A stretch of 63,607 nt of DNA, the filler included, from Reclinomonas americana ATCC 50394 (lineage: Eukaryota): NCBI GenBank assembly GCA_048213135.1. It is 52 parts of 52 records of this genome, joined end to end, with 100 filler letters (N's around TTAATTAATTAA, not from the genome) between each part and the next. Parts side by side here need not be neighbours in the genome. Positions count along the whole stretch, not along the records: positions 13,528 to 14,656 come from AFZH01026377.1; positions 14,757 to 15,880 come from AFZH01026378.1; positions 15,981 to 17,108 come from AFZH01026379.1; positions 17,209 to 18,334 come from AFZH01026380.1; positions 18,435 to 19,561 come from AFZH01026381.1; positions 19,662 to 20,789 come from AFZH01026382.1; positions 20,890 to 22,014 come from AFZH01026383.1; positions 22,115 to 23,241 come from AFZH01026384.1; 44 more parts are not named here. One strand, 5' to 3'. Under the pieces are notes generated by a model. The model was not told where the DNA came from and did no database searches. It saw only the letters and a list, made by a program, of their open reading frames with translations. Of this stretch, positions 13,560-25,100 are shown in pieces. Within the stretch, counting starts at the first letter, position 1, and the number at the start of each line of letters is the position of its first letter. Both the position numbers and the translations under genes were made by a program.

Positions 13560-14201
13560 TCACGCGCCTGCCGCGTGCAACTCGGACGGCATCACAGCCA
13601 GACCAGCGCGCACGCGCAAGTGCAAGTGCACATGCGTGTTATGCCGCACGGCATCGTGGTCGCACAACTCACGGCCACGGCACACGAGACGGAAGGGCGA
13701 GTGCGAGCGCGCACCACACAAGCGTTGCAGCTTGCGGCGCACCGAACACACACGCTCGTCGACGCCATCAATGGGCACCGCAAACTGCGTTCCCATGGGC
13801 GTGTGCACGTGGACAACAAACTTCGCCTCCTCCTCCTTCACCTCTGGCGGCGGCGGCAAGAGGGCGGGGGTGGTGGTGGAGGCGACATTGTCGTTGTCGT
13901 CGTCTTGTTCTTCGTTTTTCTCAGGGGCGGCCAGCACAGCCACGACCGCGTCACCGGCCGACAGGCTGTAGTCGCTGACCAAACAGTCATCTTCCATGGC
14001 CTCACCGTCGGGGAGACAGTGCAGGCGCACATGGTAGTCGCGGTCGAGTAACGGTGGCGGCGAACAGAACCGCGTCAGGTACTGCTGCATCTCCTGCCGC
14101 AGAACGCTGACGGGCGTGTTGGCCGCCAGCCGCACGTGAACGCACTCTCTTGTCTCCGCAACAACTATATTCAGGAAGAACGGTGTGCGCTCCGTGTGCA
14201 T
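13560..14201 (-). CDS. Intronless protein with two ubiquitin-like domains joined by an acidic/Pro linker
   Basis: Domain 1 ...NTPVSVLRQEM...DGEAMEDDCLVSDYSLSAGDAV. Domain 2 VHVHTPMGTQFAV...VCSVRRKL...RLVCRGRELCD...VHLHLRVRAG. Confidence 0.65.
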   Translation of the reverse strand: MHTERTPFFLNIVVAETRECVHVRLAANTPVSVLRQEMQQYLTRFCSPPPLLDRDYHVRLHCLPDGEAMEDDCLVSDYSLSAGDAVVAVLAAPEKNEEQDDDNDNVASTTTPALLPPPPEVKEEEAKFVVHVHTPMGTQFAVPIDGVDERVCSVRRKLQRLCGARSHSPFRLVCRGRELCDHDAVRHNTHVHLHLRVRAGLAVMPSELHAAGA

Positions 14202-14756
14202 ACAATGAAAAAAATTGTCGTGGTGGTACCCGGTGGCTTGAAATAGCATTTTCGCGCCACTCTTTTTCGCGCGCGCACGCAACGTTGTGTGCTGGTCTGC
14301 AAGGGGGATGCAGTTTGTAATGTGCGTGTTTTGTTCATTAATTAAAACTCCTCTCGTCGCCGTCTGGTGGGTTCCACCGGCTCGGAACTGGAAGACGATG
14401 CAGGCGCAGGCGGAACCGGTGCTGTTGCCGTGTCGTAAACCGACAGTTCTGCAGCTCCTCTGCCGCGGCCTCGCCCTCCTCCTCTGCCGCCACCTCCCCT
14501 GCCTCCACGACGGCCACCACGATGTGTTGAGGGGGACGCTGGATCAGCTGCCGGTCTCGGTTCCACCACCAGTCCGTGTCGCCAGTTGCTGTCAGCATCA
14601 GCGCGTCCGGCATTGTCACGCACCGACATGCGTTGCATGGCGCCCACCAGCTGTGCNNNNNNNNNNNNNNNNNNNNNNNNNNNNNNNNNNNNNNNNNNNN
14701 TTAATTAATTAANNNNNNNNNNNNNNNNNNNNNNNNNNNNNNNNNNNNNNNNNNNN

Positions 14757-14841
14757 CGGGACGGCCGCCGCATTCGACGCCGCCCTGGAGGCCCTGCACC
14801 GACGCATCCGCGGGTTGGTCGCCCGTCTCGCCCCCGCCTGA
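14757..14841 (+). CDS. 3' end of a bacterial gene, possibly an ArsC/LMW-PTP-type C-terminal helix
   Basis: GTAAAFDAALEALHRRIRGLVARLAPA*, high-GC codon usage. Only 27 residues are visible. Confidence 0.35.
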
Positions 14842-14860
14842 CCGCGCATCTCGTCCGCGT

Positions 14861-15664
14861 CTAGGCGCGGCGCACAGGCTGCTGCAGCTCGGTCACCCAG
14901 TCGGACTGGTCCTCCGAGATCGCCCGCACGTACAGCTCCCGGCAGGGACCGGCGAGCTCGAGGTCGCGGGCGAGGGTCTCGCTGTGGATCGCGTGCCAGC
15001 TCTCGGCGATACGCTCCATCGACCCCAGGTGGATGCCGCAGACGGCTGCTTCGGCAGCGGGGAGCTCGATGATCTCGAAGCCGTCCTGGACCGGCCCGCC
15101 GTACTCGTAGCCGACGACGACCTCCAGACCGTCGTCGATCGATCCGTACTGCGCGATCGGCGTCGCGAGCGCGCCGCTCTCACCTCCGATGATCTCGGCG
15201 ATGGCGTCGAAAGCCGACCCCACGACGCCGGCGACTTCGGGCTGATCCGCGACGACCGTGCGGATCGCCGCAAGGCGGACAGCGGGTAGGGGCTTCTCGA
15301 TGATCTCGATCTGGGACATGTGATTCTCTCTCTCGATGAGGTGGAGCCGCCTCTCGACGTCGACGAGTCGTGCAGCGGCGATCCGGTGCTCCTGCTCCAC
15401 CTCGGCACGCCGGATCCGCAGCAGCGCGGCGATGCGATCCGCATCGACACCCTGATCGAGGATCGAGGAGATGTCGTCGAGACCGAAGCCGAGCTGACGC
15501 AGGGCGACGATCCGGTGCAGACGCTCCAGTTGCCGAGGGTCGTACGAGCGGTAGCCGCTGAACTCGTCCACATGAGCGGGAACGAGCAGGCCGGCGGTGT
15601 CCCAATGCCGCAGCATCCGATGGGTCACCTGACCGATCTGCGCGAAGGCTCCGATGGATAACAT
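14861..15664 (-). CDS. MerR-family transcriptional regulator with a C-terminal GyrI-like effector domain (BmrR type), actinobacterial
   Basis: MLSIGAFAQIGQVTHRMLRHWDTAGLLVPAHVDEFSGYRSY (MerR HTH). C-terminal HLGSMERIAESWHAI...GPCRELY...WVTELQQPV. Confidence 0.92.
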   Translation of the reverse strand: MLSIGAFAQIGQVTHRMLRHWDTAGLLVPAHVDEFSGYRSYDPRQLERLHRIVALRQLGFGLDDISSILDQGVDADRIAALLRIRRAEVEQEHRIAAARLVDVERRLHLIERENHMSQIEIIEKPLPAVRLAAIRTVVADQPEVAGVVGSAFDAIAEIIGGESGALATPIAQYGSIDDGLEVVVGYEYGGPVQDGFEIIELPAAEAAVCGIHLGSMERIAESWHAIHSETLARDLELAGPCRELYVRAISEDQSDWVTELQQPVRRA

Positions 15665-15670
15665 GTCTCT

Positions 15671-15701
15671 GTTCTCCCGCCTTCCACAGTGTCAGAGTCA
15701 A
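15671..15701 (-). promoter_or_regulatory. MerR-type promoter/operator: -35 TTGACT followed by an imperfect dyad
   Basis: The minus strand reads TTGACT-CTGACACTGTGGAAG-GCGG-GAGAAC, ending 6 nt before the ATG. A dyad overlapping a 19-bp spacer is the classic MerR layout, although the -10 is weak. Confidence 0.5.
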
Positions 15702-15752
15702 GTATCTCCACGAAACGATCGCGATGTCGGTCGGCCCGGTTATCGTCACGGT

Positions 15753-15880
15753 GTGCCGGAGCCAGTGCAGCAGTGGTGGGCGAGGAGACAGTTCTCGCGC
15801 GGCACCGCCGTGCCCTATGAGGTGGGCGCCTTCCGCACCGGGTGGGCCGCGTACCCGGAGCTGATCCGGCAGTATCACCC
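15753..15880 (+). CDS. N-terminus of a Microbacteriaceae-type zinc-ribbon domain protein (partial)
   Basis: GTG start, then MPEPVQQWWARRQFSRGTAVPYEVGAFRTGWAAYPELIRQYH. Divergent from the MerR gene. Confidence 0.5.
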
Positions 15881-16057
15881 NNNNNNNNNNNNNNNNNNNN
15901 NNNNNNNNNNNNNNNNNNNNNNNNTTAATTAATTAANNNNNNNNNNNNNNNNNNNNNNNNNNNNNNNNNNNNNNNNNNNNACGAGCAAGACACTTGCCTC
16001 CTCCCTTCGACGCGCCCCCACGTCCTGTCACCCTCCAATCCAATCAATCACAAACAC

Positions 16058-17108
16058 ATGCACCAACGCACCACTCTCACAGTGGTGGCGCTGGTGCTGC
16101 TCGGTGGCCTCCTCCTCACACTCCTCTACTCCATACTCAGCACAGACAACACCAACAACAGCGCAATCACAGTGTCCACACAAGACAGACAACAACAACA
16201 ACAAGCAGAAGTCGACCCCACATGGCTCTTCTCTGACGACTCCTCCTCCTCCTCCTCAGACAATGATGACTCACTGGTGGAGGCTCGCGCATGCAATGGG
16301 CTGCTGTGGTCCGCCACACAACAGAGCTTTCGCGCGCAATTTCGCGACGCGCGTCGGCAACACTGGTGGCAATCATCTTCGCAAATCGATCTGCTACATA
16401 ACGCCGGCTACGTAACAACGACCGCGGATGCAAATAGTGACGGGGAACAATGCGCTGTTGTGCCGTTGGGAGTTGTACTGGAGGGCGATCGTGAGGCTGC
16501 GCGGAACTTGGGGAACTATGCGCATGCGTTGATGGATTTGAGTACGCGGGTGTGGATGGCGTTGGTGGTGGGCGAGGAGGAGGTGCCGAGTGTGGCCGAC
16601 TTGGGCGGGGCCTCGAAGAAGCCGTCGGCGTTGGTGGAGCTGGCGAATCGATTGGGTACGGTTCGCGTGTTTAGCCGGTGGCGGTATCCGATCAGTAAGC
16701 TGGTATGTGTGTGACTCTGGCAAGAGAGACAGCGATCTGGAGGCTTACTGTGTGTGTGTGACAGGGTGCCAAGTCGGTGGTGGAGCTGTTCATGCCACGT
16801 GGAGTCGAGCGATTGTCGTCCAAGTTGCGCTCTCTTGTTTTCCTGCTGTTTTGGTTTACTGCTGACATCTGCACTGTCAGGAAATGCTTGTGCATGGAGC
16901 ATGCGGTGCTTGCCATGGGTCCTTTTTACGCGTACTGGTATTCCGCACACTCTTGTTGGCGTGCTCTCTCGGTACTGACTTGTCTTGCAGGCACATTATC
17001 GATCATGGTCCGCTGTATCGTGAGCTGGCGGTGCGCACCATTTCGGCGTTGCGTCGGCACATCATGGCGCGAGTGCGCCCGGTTCTTCCCAAGCGTGGTA
17101 GTGACGAC
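16058..17108 (+). CDS. Type II membrane protein, possibly a Golgi glycosyltransferase (GT61-like), partial
   Basis: N-terminal TM anchor (LTVVALVLLGGLLLTLLYSIL), low-complexity stem, and NLGNYAHALMD motif. Resumes after an intron (acceptor ~16990). Confidence 0.4.
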
Positions 17109-17804
17109 NNNNNNNNNNNNNNNNNNNNNNNNNNNNNNNNNNNNNNNNNNNNTTAATTAATTAANNNNNNNNNNNNNNNNNNNNNNNNNNNNNNNNNNNN
17201 NNNNNNNNCCTTTCCCTGCCTTCTCGAGTTCTCTTTCTCTTCACCATTCCGCGCTGAAGGCGACGATAGGCGTCTCTGCCAGGAACGCCAAGTAATCTTG
17301 CGAACCCGGTCATCGGGTTGATGCTTGTACAGGGCAAGACATCGAGAGAGAGAGAGGGACACACAGAAAGAGAAACAAAGAGAAAGAGTGAGAGAGGCAG
17401 AGAGGGACAAAGAAAAAGAGAGACAGAAGTGACAGATCAAGAGAGAGAGAGAGAAGAAAGGGAAAAGGGAGACATGAGTGATTCGCAAAGGGATGCGATT
17501 CGCACAAGGCACAGGCAAGCACGCACGGAGATGATGAACACTCCAAGAAGGAGGAGAGCTCGAGAGAGAACAGATCTGGGGACGGAGAAAAGAGAAACAG
17601 CGCAACGACAAGATTGATATGGCATGGTTGCGTTGATAAAGCACTCTCTCTCCCTTGAAGTGGCTGCTCATGCTCAACAACGGGAGAGAATCATCCGAGG
17701 GCTCGAGAATAGCGAGGTGAGTGAGAAGAGAGTGCGTCGCATCCGTTCATTGGTGATTGGCTTGAGTTCATCAAATCAATCTTACTCTGTGCGTGTTGCT
17801 TGGG

Positions 17805-17837
<33 letters not shown>

Positions 17838-18256
17838 CTCTCTGCGACGTGCTTCTGATCACAGTGAATCCTCACAGCTTTCTTCTCAACAAAATGAACA
17901 ATCCGGGTTTCCCTGCCTTGCCGGCAGCCTGCACTCTCTCCCCCTCGCTACTCAACTCCTCGCGTGAGCTGCGGAAAAAGAGTGGAGACAGAGAGGAGAA
18001 GGGGGTGGGACGGATGGAATATGACGTCAATGCAACGCACAGGGAGTTGATTAGTGGCGTGCACACAAGGGGTTGCCTGACTTCGCTCCTCTCTGTTGGT
18101 GGAGACATCAGGTGCGTCGGGGTGACAAGCAGTTCGATGCGCTGTCCCTCTCCGGCGAGAATGGAAGAGAGAGAGAGAGAGATGAGAAAGAGAGAGATGA
18201 TAGAGAGAAAGGGATGAGAGATGAGGGTGAGAGAAAGATAAGAGAGAGAGACAGAG

Positions 18257-18317
<61 letters not shown>

Positions 18318-19662
18318 TCGTTGGTCGGGTCGTTNNNNNNNNNNNNNNNNNNNNNNNNNNNNNNNNNNNNNNNNNNNNTTAATTAATTAANNNNNNNNNN
18401 NNNNNNNNNNNNNNNNNNNNNNNNNNNNNNNNNNGAGGTGAACTCGCAGTCGTCGGTGAAGTGTGAGAGGACCTATTGGGAAAGGGAAGGGGTGAGTTGG
18501 CAAGAGAAAGTGAGATGTAAATGTGTGTGTCAGCGAGAGAGAGAGAGAGAGAAGGGACGACGACGACGACGACGACGACAGAGAAGAACAAGGTGATTGA
18601 GAAAAGACGGGTAGAGCGAGGGCGTGACATTTTTGAATGAGGGACGTTAGAAAAGGAAGGGGGAGAGACAAGGAGATGTGGAAGCAGATGTAGTCGTCGC
18701 CGCACGAAGTCCACTGCTTTCTCGAATGAGGAAGATCGAGGAGAAGAGGAACAGGGGACAGGAGAAGTAAACGACAGAGACGCAATGTGGGAGGAGAAAA
18801 GAGAAGGAGATGTGGAAGCAAAATTCGTGGTAGCTGGCAGGAAAGGCGCAACATTGTCAAGAAGAAGCAGAATGACGGAGAGCAGCAGAGGAAGGAGACA
18901 CAGGAGATACAATAGGGGAGTAAGTGAGAAGGAGGTGTGGAAGCCGACTTCGTCATCGCAGCGCTGAGTGATCGAGAAAGGGAAGCAGTGAGAGGAAGCG
19001 GGCACAAAAGGAAGGCGACTGGGGAGTGAGGAGACAGACTTCGTCGGCGGCTTTCTCGAATAAGGGGATTGAGAAAGAGACGCAGAAAAGGCAGAGAGAT
19101 GAAGAGGAAAAAGGAGAATACCGCGACAAGACAAAAGTGGATGTGGAAGCAGACTTTCTGCGAAGGAGGAATATCGAGGAAGAGGAACAGTGAAAGATGA
19201 GAAAGGAGGTGGTGGAGATCATCGACAGAGCGAGGAGACAGACTTCGTCTCTAATATAGAAGATTGAGAAAGAGATGCAGTAAAATCCAGAGAAGGCAGT
19301 GTGGGAGGGTTGCTCGTCTCCGGAGGAAGCAGAAGGCAGCGGCGAAGCGAAGAGAACATCAGGCCACAGGCTGCTGCGAGTGCGACCTGTCCCTCCCCCT
19401 GCCACTCTCTCCTTCTCCACTCACCTCCTCCACATCATGCCGCGTCCACGCAGCGCACCACTTGCGCGCCCACTCCTCCGGAGCCTCCATTGGATCCTCA
19501 ACAACAGCCTGCTGCGATGGCGGAGGCGGAGGCGGAGGCACTGGGGGCGACGGTGGCGCCTNNNNNNNNNNNNNNNNNNNNNNNNNNNNNNNNNNNNNNN
19601 NNNNNTTAATTAATTAANNNNNNNNNNNNNNNNNNNNNNNNNNNNNNNNNNNNNNNNNNNNG

Positions 19663-20789
19663 CGAGGGCGTGACACCACGAATCCACTGACTGTCATTCT
19701 CGACTCTGGTCAAGGGCTGGGTGCGCCTCCACAGTACTTTGCCATGACAGAACAGTGCCTGGAGCAGACGGATGCTAGTGGGCAGGTGGTGCCCGCCGCA
19801 TCGTTCCCCAGTCCATGGTTGCAGAACTACATGGCCGCGCTCAATGTCACCGCTGCTGTGTACAAAAGCAAGTGCCGCGTGGTCTACCAGGGCGGCGACC
19901 GAATTCTGTTTAGTATGGTGACGGGTGCAGCTGACGACCGTTTGACGGCTATTGGTATTGATGCGCGGCTGAGCGTGGACTTTGGCGGAGGCAACGATCA
20001 TGTCGTGCTCTCTGCTGTCAGTCAACACGCGAATGCCACGCTGCTCATGGGCACAGGCAATGATCTCGTCGAGGTGTCAGTTCCCGTCGCCCTCGTGCAA
20101 GTGGCATTTGGGCAAGACATTGTGAAGGATGTGCTGAAGGTGTATTCCGGCGACTCGACTCCGTCGGTGTTGGGTCAACGTATAGTCAACCTCGGTAGCT
20201 ATGCGTCTGGGGAGGTGGACATCTCCGAGTACTATCAGCGTGACTCGCTTTTCGTGTTCCGCGGCCTGGTCCCAGGAGCAGACGGCCACATGCCGGTCCG
20301 AATGACGGCCGTGGAGCCGGTGGCGTTGAGGCCTCGTTCTGCGTACTCCCCCATCAGCAGTGGCACTGCAGTGGATGACGACTGGGTGGTGGTGAATGCC
20401 ACCGTCAGCGGCTCTTCGGTATTCTATCAGGTGCAAGACAATGCACGATACCACGTGGTCGGTATGGCAATGGGTGCAACCGTGGCATTTGATGCCACTG
20501 GTACGGCCCGCATGCCACCGCTCCCGCGGGCGTCCAACTGGACCATTATGGTGGATCTGCCTGCCGACGCCTTCAACTACTTCTCGTCTCTATCGGTGTC
20601 GGCCTACAAGGGCACTGACGGTATGATTGTTTACCGTATACCGGCAGCCACTGGCTCTGTGTATCCCGTGCAAATGTTCCAGCTTGCAGGTCAGATTGAT
20701 GGCCAGGTGCACATTGGCCTCTGGGTAATGCAAATCGTGGCAGACCATGTCAAGGTGGTGGGCGAGGGCGCACTGACTGTGGTCGTGAA
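19663..20789 (+). CDS. Fragment of a large beta-rich protein with RTX-like GGGND/GTGND turns (open across the whole contig)
   Basis: The frame is open from 19663 to the contig end and includes LSVDFGGGNDHVVL and LLMGTGNDLVEV. Confidence 0.5.
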
Positions 20790-21123
20790 NNNNNNNNNNN
20801 NNNNNNNNNNNNNNNNNNNNNNNNNNNNNNNNNTTAATTAATTAANNNNNNNNNNNNNNNNNNNNNNNNNNNNNNNNNNNNNNNNNNNNAAGCTCATGGC
20901 CGTGGCCATGGATGAGTGTGGGATCGGGGGACACAATTGCAACGTTCAATCAATGTTCCCCTTCTGTTTACATAAGCGTTGCGAGTCGCTACTGATACGC
21001 GAGCTCTCACACATCCGGTGACAGCAGCACCGCGAGGAAGGCGACCGCTGGGAAGGCGATCGAACGTCGATATAACGTCGATTGTCCCGAACGCTTTCGA
21101 TCGCTTTCTTTTCATCTTGCACA

Positions 21124-21472
21124 ATGCGCAAACGCAGCGCGCCATCGGTCGAAGGTGCAGCAGTTGCGTACCTCTTGCACGCAATCCCACCCACACACAC
21201 ACACGAGCAAGAAAAAAAGTGAGTTTGGCGACATGTCTCACTCACACATCTCTCCCTCTCACACACACAGTCCTCTGCGGCCGCCCCTGCGCTCTCATCT
21301 CCAGCAGCACCCTCATTAGCTGTTGCTGCTGCTCCACCTGCATCGCCTAAACATCATCATGCACAAAGTCCGCGATCGTCGAAATTGAACCCCGTCGACC
21401 CCAAGACCGGCAAGCCCAAGTCGCGATGGCGTGACTTGAGTGTGCGCACGGCCTCCACTATTGTGCTCATTG
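21124..21472 (+). CDS. Probable phosphatidate cytidylyltransferase (CDS1/2), first two exons (21124-21162, 21271-21472)
   Basis: MRKR..., then KSRWRDLSVRTASTIVLIG before a GTGAGT donor. This resembles the conserved W..R...T+++I start of the first TM helix of CDP-DAG synthases. Confidence 0.45.
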
Positions 21473-21838
21473 GTGAGTGAGTGTGTGAGAGAGAAGAGTG
21501 AGTGAGAGTCGCCCGGGCATTTCCCAGTGAGAGTTGCAGACGCACGCACGCACTTGCTCTCTTTGTGTGTGAGAGAGTGTGAGTGCGTGTGTGTGTGCAT
21601 TGAGAGGGAGGAGAGAACGAGAAGATTGCAATTCGCACTTTCGCTCACCGACTCTCTCTTACATAGATGCTCTTATCAACTCTCTCACTCTCACACACTC
21701 TCACACACGCTTACACACTCTCACACACATACACGCACACTTTGTACTCGTTCTCACTCATTCTTACACACTTTTCACACACATTCTCACTCATTTGACT
21801 CTCCCTTTTCTGCTCTGCTCCCTTCCTCCCTGCCCCAC

Positions 21839-21883
<45 letters not shown>

Positions 21884-21885
21884 GT

Positions 21886-22014
21886 CGTACGTACGTACGT
21901 ACGTACGTACGTACGTACGTACCGTACGTCCGTACGTACGTACGTACGTACGTACGTACGTACGTACGTACGTACGTACGTACGTACGTACGTACGTACG
22001 TACGACGTACGACG
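21886..22014. repeat. (GTAC)n self-complementary microsatellite
   Basis: About 30 GTAC units with a few interruptions, running into the contig end. Confidence 0.9.
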
Positions 22015-23807
22015 NNNNNNNNNNNNNNNNNNNNNNNNNNNNNNNNNNNNNNNNNNNNTTAATTAATTAANNNNNNNNNNNNNNNNNNNNNNNNNNNNNN
22101 NNNNNNNNNNNNNNGATAGCCATGACTGTCATCACGGCTTCTTCGCGCCAGCGCTTCCGACTCAATCGCTGCTCCTCACGTCGTTGCTCTTGATTCTAAG
22201 TGGGGAAGAGGTGGTGAGATGCGGAAAGTGGGAGGGGGAAGGCAAACGAAGGAGAAGAGAAAAGCGGAAAGCAGGGAAGCGAGAAGCAGACAGCAAAGTA
22301 AGGAGAGAATCCGGAAGGAGAGCGAGCAACACGCAACAAATGACGACAGAATCTAGAAGCAAGAAGCAAAGGCACGCGACGATAAGACAATGACGAGGAC
22401 GAAGAAAGAGTGGACTTCGGAGACTGGAACGGATAGCACGGAAGGAATGCTAAAAGTAACAACAAGAACCAGTCAGGAGAGGCAAATAAGAAGAAGGAAA
22501 GAGAAAATGAAGGAATGCGAGAAAGGAGAGTGAGACTCAAGCAACGAAAAGACGATTAATCTGAAAGTAAGAAGCGAAGGTGCAGAGGGAGCGCAACGAT
22601 GAGATAACGGCGAGGACGAAGAAAAGGGAGGATTTCGGAGACTGGAACGGATAGCGAGGAAGGAACGCTAGGACGAAACAACGAGTTGAAGGACACGTCG
22701 CAAAATCCCTTCTCCTCTCCCGCCTTTATCCCCTTCGCCCTTGCCCCCCTTCTCCCCTTCCCTCACCTGCACCTCCGCCGCCGTCACCACGGCCGCCGCC
22801 GCTGCTGCCGCCGCCGCACCCTCCCCCGCCACCGTCATCTGTCGCACGCTGTCTTCATCGTCGGTGTGTCCCGCCGTCACGGACTCGTTGTCACCCGACG
22901 GCGACAACCGCATACTGCGTCCCTCCGTCGCGGCCACCACATCGCTCGGCACCGAATGTGCCTCCGGGAGCGGCGGCAACGGCGGCAAGTCGCTGAGCTC
23001 GGGCAGCTGCACCATGGGTGCCGTGGGCATCAGCGGCGACAGCAGCGGTGTCATCAGCGGCGTCATGGTGGGCGACAGCAGTGGCGTCTCGGCACCACTG
23101 GGCGTGGGTGCCAGAGCGTCGCGATCGTCGCTGCTTCGTCGGCGCATGGCCGTAGCAGAGGCCGCTGCCGTGGTGGTCGAGGCCGACCGGCCACTCTTGC
23201 CACGGCGTCCGTCCTTGCGGTTCTCGCCCGACGAGGACGATNNNNNNNNNNNNNNNNNNNNNNNNNNNNNNNNNNNNNNNNNNNNTTAATTAATTAANNN
23301 NNNNNNNNNNNNNNNNNNNNNNNNNNNNNNNNNNNNNNNNNCTGCACTCACCCATAGATCACTTGACACGTGCTGTATATGCCCTCATCGGCACTGTCTC
23401 GCCACAGCAAGTCAAAGCCACTTGATGGATCCTCCGTGACACTTGTCGGAGAGTGAGGTAATCTCTGTGCAGTGTCGTCTGCACAACAGAGAGAGACAGA
23501 GAGTGAGTGAGTGTGAGAGAAGAAGGGAATCAGTGTTGTGTGTGTTTTATGTGCCTGTCGGGTACTCGTTGACGAGCAGAATGTCGTGTTGTGCGGCCGC
23601 TGCGGTGAGCACCAGCAGACAGGCCACACAGAGGATCAACACAGCGTGAGGACGCATGTTGTGTGAGCGCGCGCGCAAAGGAATCGGTGATGATGGATGA
23701 TTGTCCGGTTTGTGTTTGTTACAATAGAGGGTTTTTTCCCGCGCACGGTCGCCGTTGTTGGTTGGCAGGTGGAGTGTGGTAAAGAGGCGTGAGTGAACGC
23801 GGGCACG

Positions 23808-24203
23808 CTACTCGGACGCAGCCGCGTCGGCGGCAGGCTCCTCTCCACCGGCATCGGCTTCCGCAGCAGGTGCAGCGGCGGATTCGGCGGGCGCGCCTTC
23901 GCCACCTGAGCCTGAGCCTTCGCCTTCTCCTTCGCCGGCTGCGGCTGCGGCTGCGTCGTCGCTATCGGTGGCTGCTGGAGGCGCGACTTCCTCTTCTGCT
24001 GCGCCTTCGCCTTGCTCGGCGTGCTGCTCTCCGGATCCCTCGCCTTCGCCGGCCGGAGGAGCGTCGGCGTGGGTCGCGGCGTGATCGGTATCGCCGCCTG
24101 CATCGTGGTGCTCCTCGTGTGCGTGTCGCTCCACGAGAGAGGCGGCTGAGGAGGAGCGGCGGGCATGGGTCGGTGCCGGTTTGATCGACTCGGCAAAGTC
24201 CAC
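23808..24203 (-). CDS. Acidic Ala/Glu/Gly-rich low-complexity C-terminal exon
   Basis: EEHHDAGGDTDHAA...AEADAGGEEPAADAAASE*, with GC-rich codons. A similar AEAEPEAEAE exon lies upstream (24408-24468). Confidence 0.45.
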   Translation of the reverse strand: MDFAESIKPAPTHARRSSSAASLVERHAHEEHHDAGGDTDHAATHADAPPAGEGEGSGEQHAEQGEGAAEEEVAPPAATDSDDAAAAAAGEGEGEGSGSGGEGAPAESAAAPAAEADAGGEEPAADAAASE

Positions 24204-24921
24204 CAGAGCCTGTTTGTGTTTTTGACAATTACATCAGTGGACTGGTTGATCGATGCAATGACGCAGAGCGTGCACAAACAAGACCTGCTTCAGCTGCGCA
24301 AACAACTCGTCCTCCGGCAGGATGAACGCCATGTCTGGCTGCGACGCGAGCACATCTCAGCGTGCTGCATGTCGTCACACAGAGAGATACTTGTCTGCAC
24401 TTACCGGTGCCTCCGCCTCCTCTTCCGCCTCGGCCTCTGGCTCGGCCTCGGCCGGTGCTCCACCCTCANNNNNNNNNNNNNNNNNNNNNNNNNNNNNNNN
24501 NNNNNNNNNNNNTTAATTAATTAANNNNNNNNNNNNNNNNNNNNNNNNNNNNNNNNNNNNNNNNNNNNGAGAGGGGGAGAGAGAGGGAGAGGGAGAGGGA
24601 AGAAAAGAGAAGTGGAAGAGGGAAGAGGAAGATAGAAAAGAGAAGAGAAGAGGGAAGAGGGAGGAGGAAGATAGAAAAGAGGGAGGGAGAGGGAGAGAGA
24701 AAGGGAAAGAGGGAGACAGGAGAAGAGGGAGAAGAAGGAAGGGGAAAGGGAGGAGAGTGAGACATACAGAGAGAAAGAGTAAAGCGACGGGGGAGAAGGT
24801 AGAAAGAAAAGGTACAGGAGAGGGTGAGGGATAGGGACATCATGGATAGAGCAACAATGAGACAAATGTGCATGGAGAGGGAGTGGAGACGAGGAAGATA
24901 GAAGAGGGAGTGGAGACTCAC

Positions 24922-25100
24922 CGTGGCGGCAGATCCGTCTTGTTTAACACAATCAAGCGCGGAATCTGTGGGTTGGCCTGCTCCAGGACCTTGTCGTTGA
25001 GCACATTGATGGTGTCGAATGACTGGCGAGAGTTGACTGAGCACACGAGGATGTAGCCGTCGACGATTGACATGGTGGAGGTGAGGCGGGAGTGTTCGTC
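24922..25100 (-). CDS. Ras-family small GTPase exon, Rheb-like
   Basis: DEHSRL...DGYILVCSVNSRQSFDTINVLNDKVL...IPRLIVLNKTDL (region after G3, through G4 NKxD), bounded by CAG and GTGAG. Confidence 0.75.

Noticed and set aside
11072..14656. Three adjacent virus-like contigs as one viral genome
   Set aside because: Adjacency comes from length sorting, and their GC contents differ greatly.
18435..19561. Recurring GTGGAAGCAGAC/ACAGACTTCGTC motifs in a purine-rich contig
   Set aside because: Short, degenerate and irregularly spaced. I could not define a unit or a coding frame.
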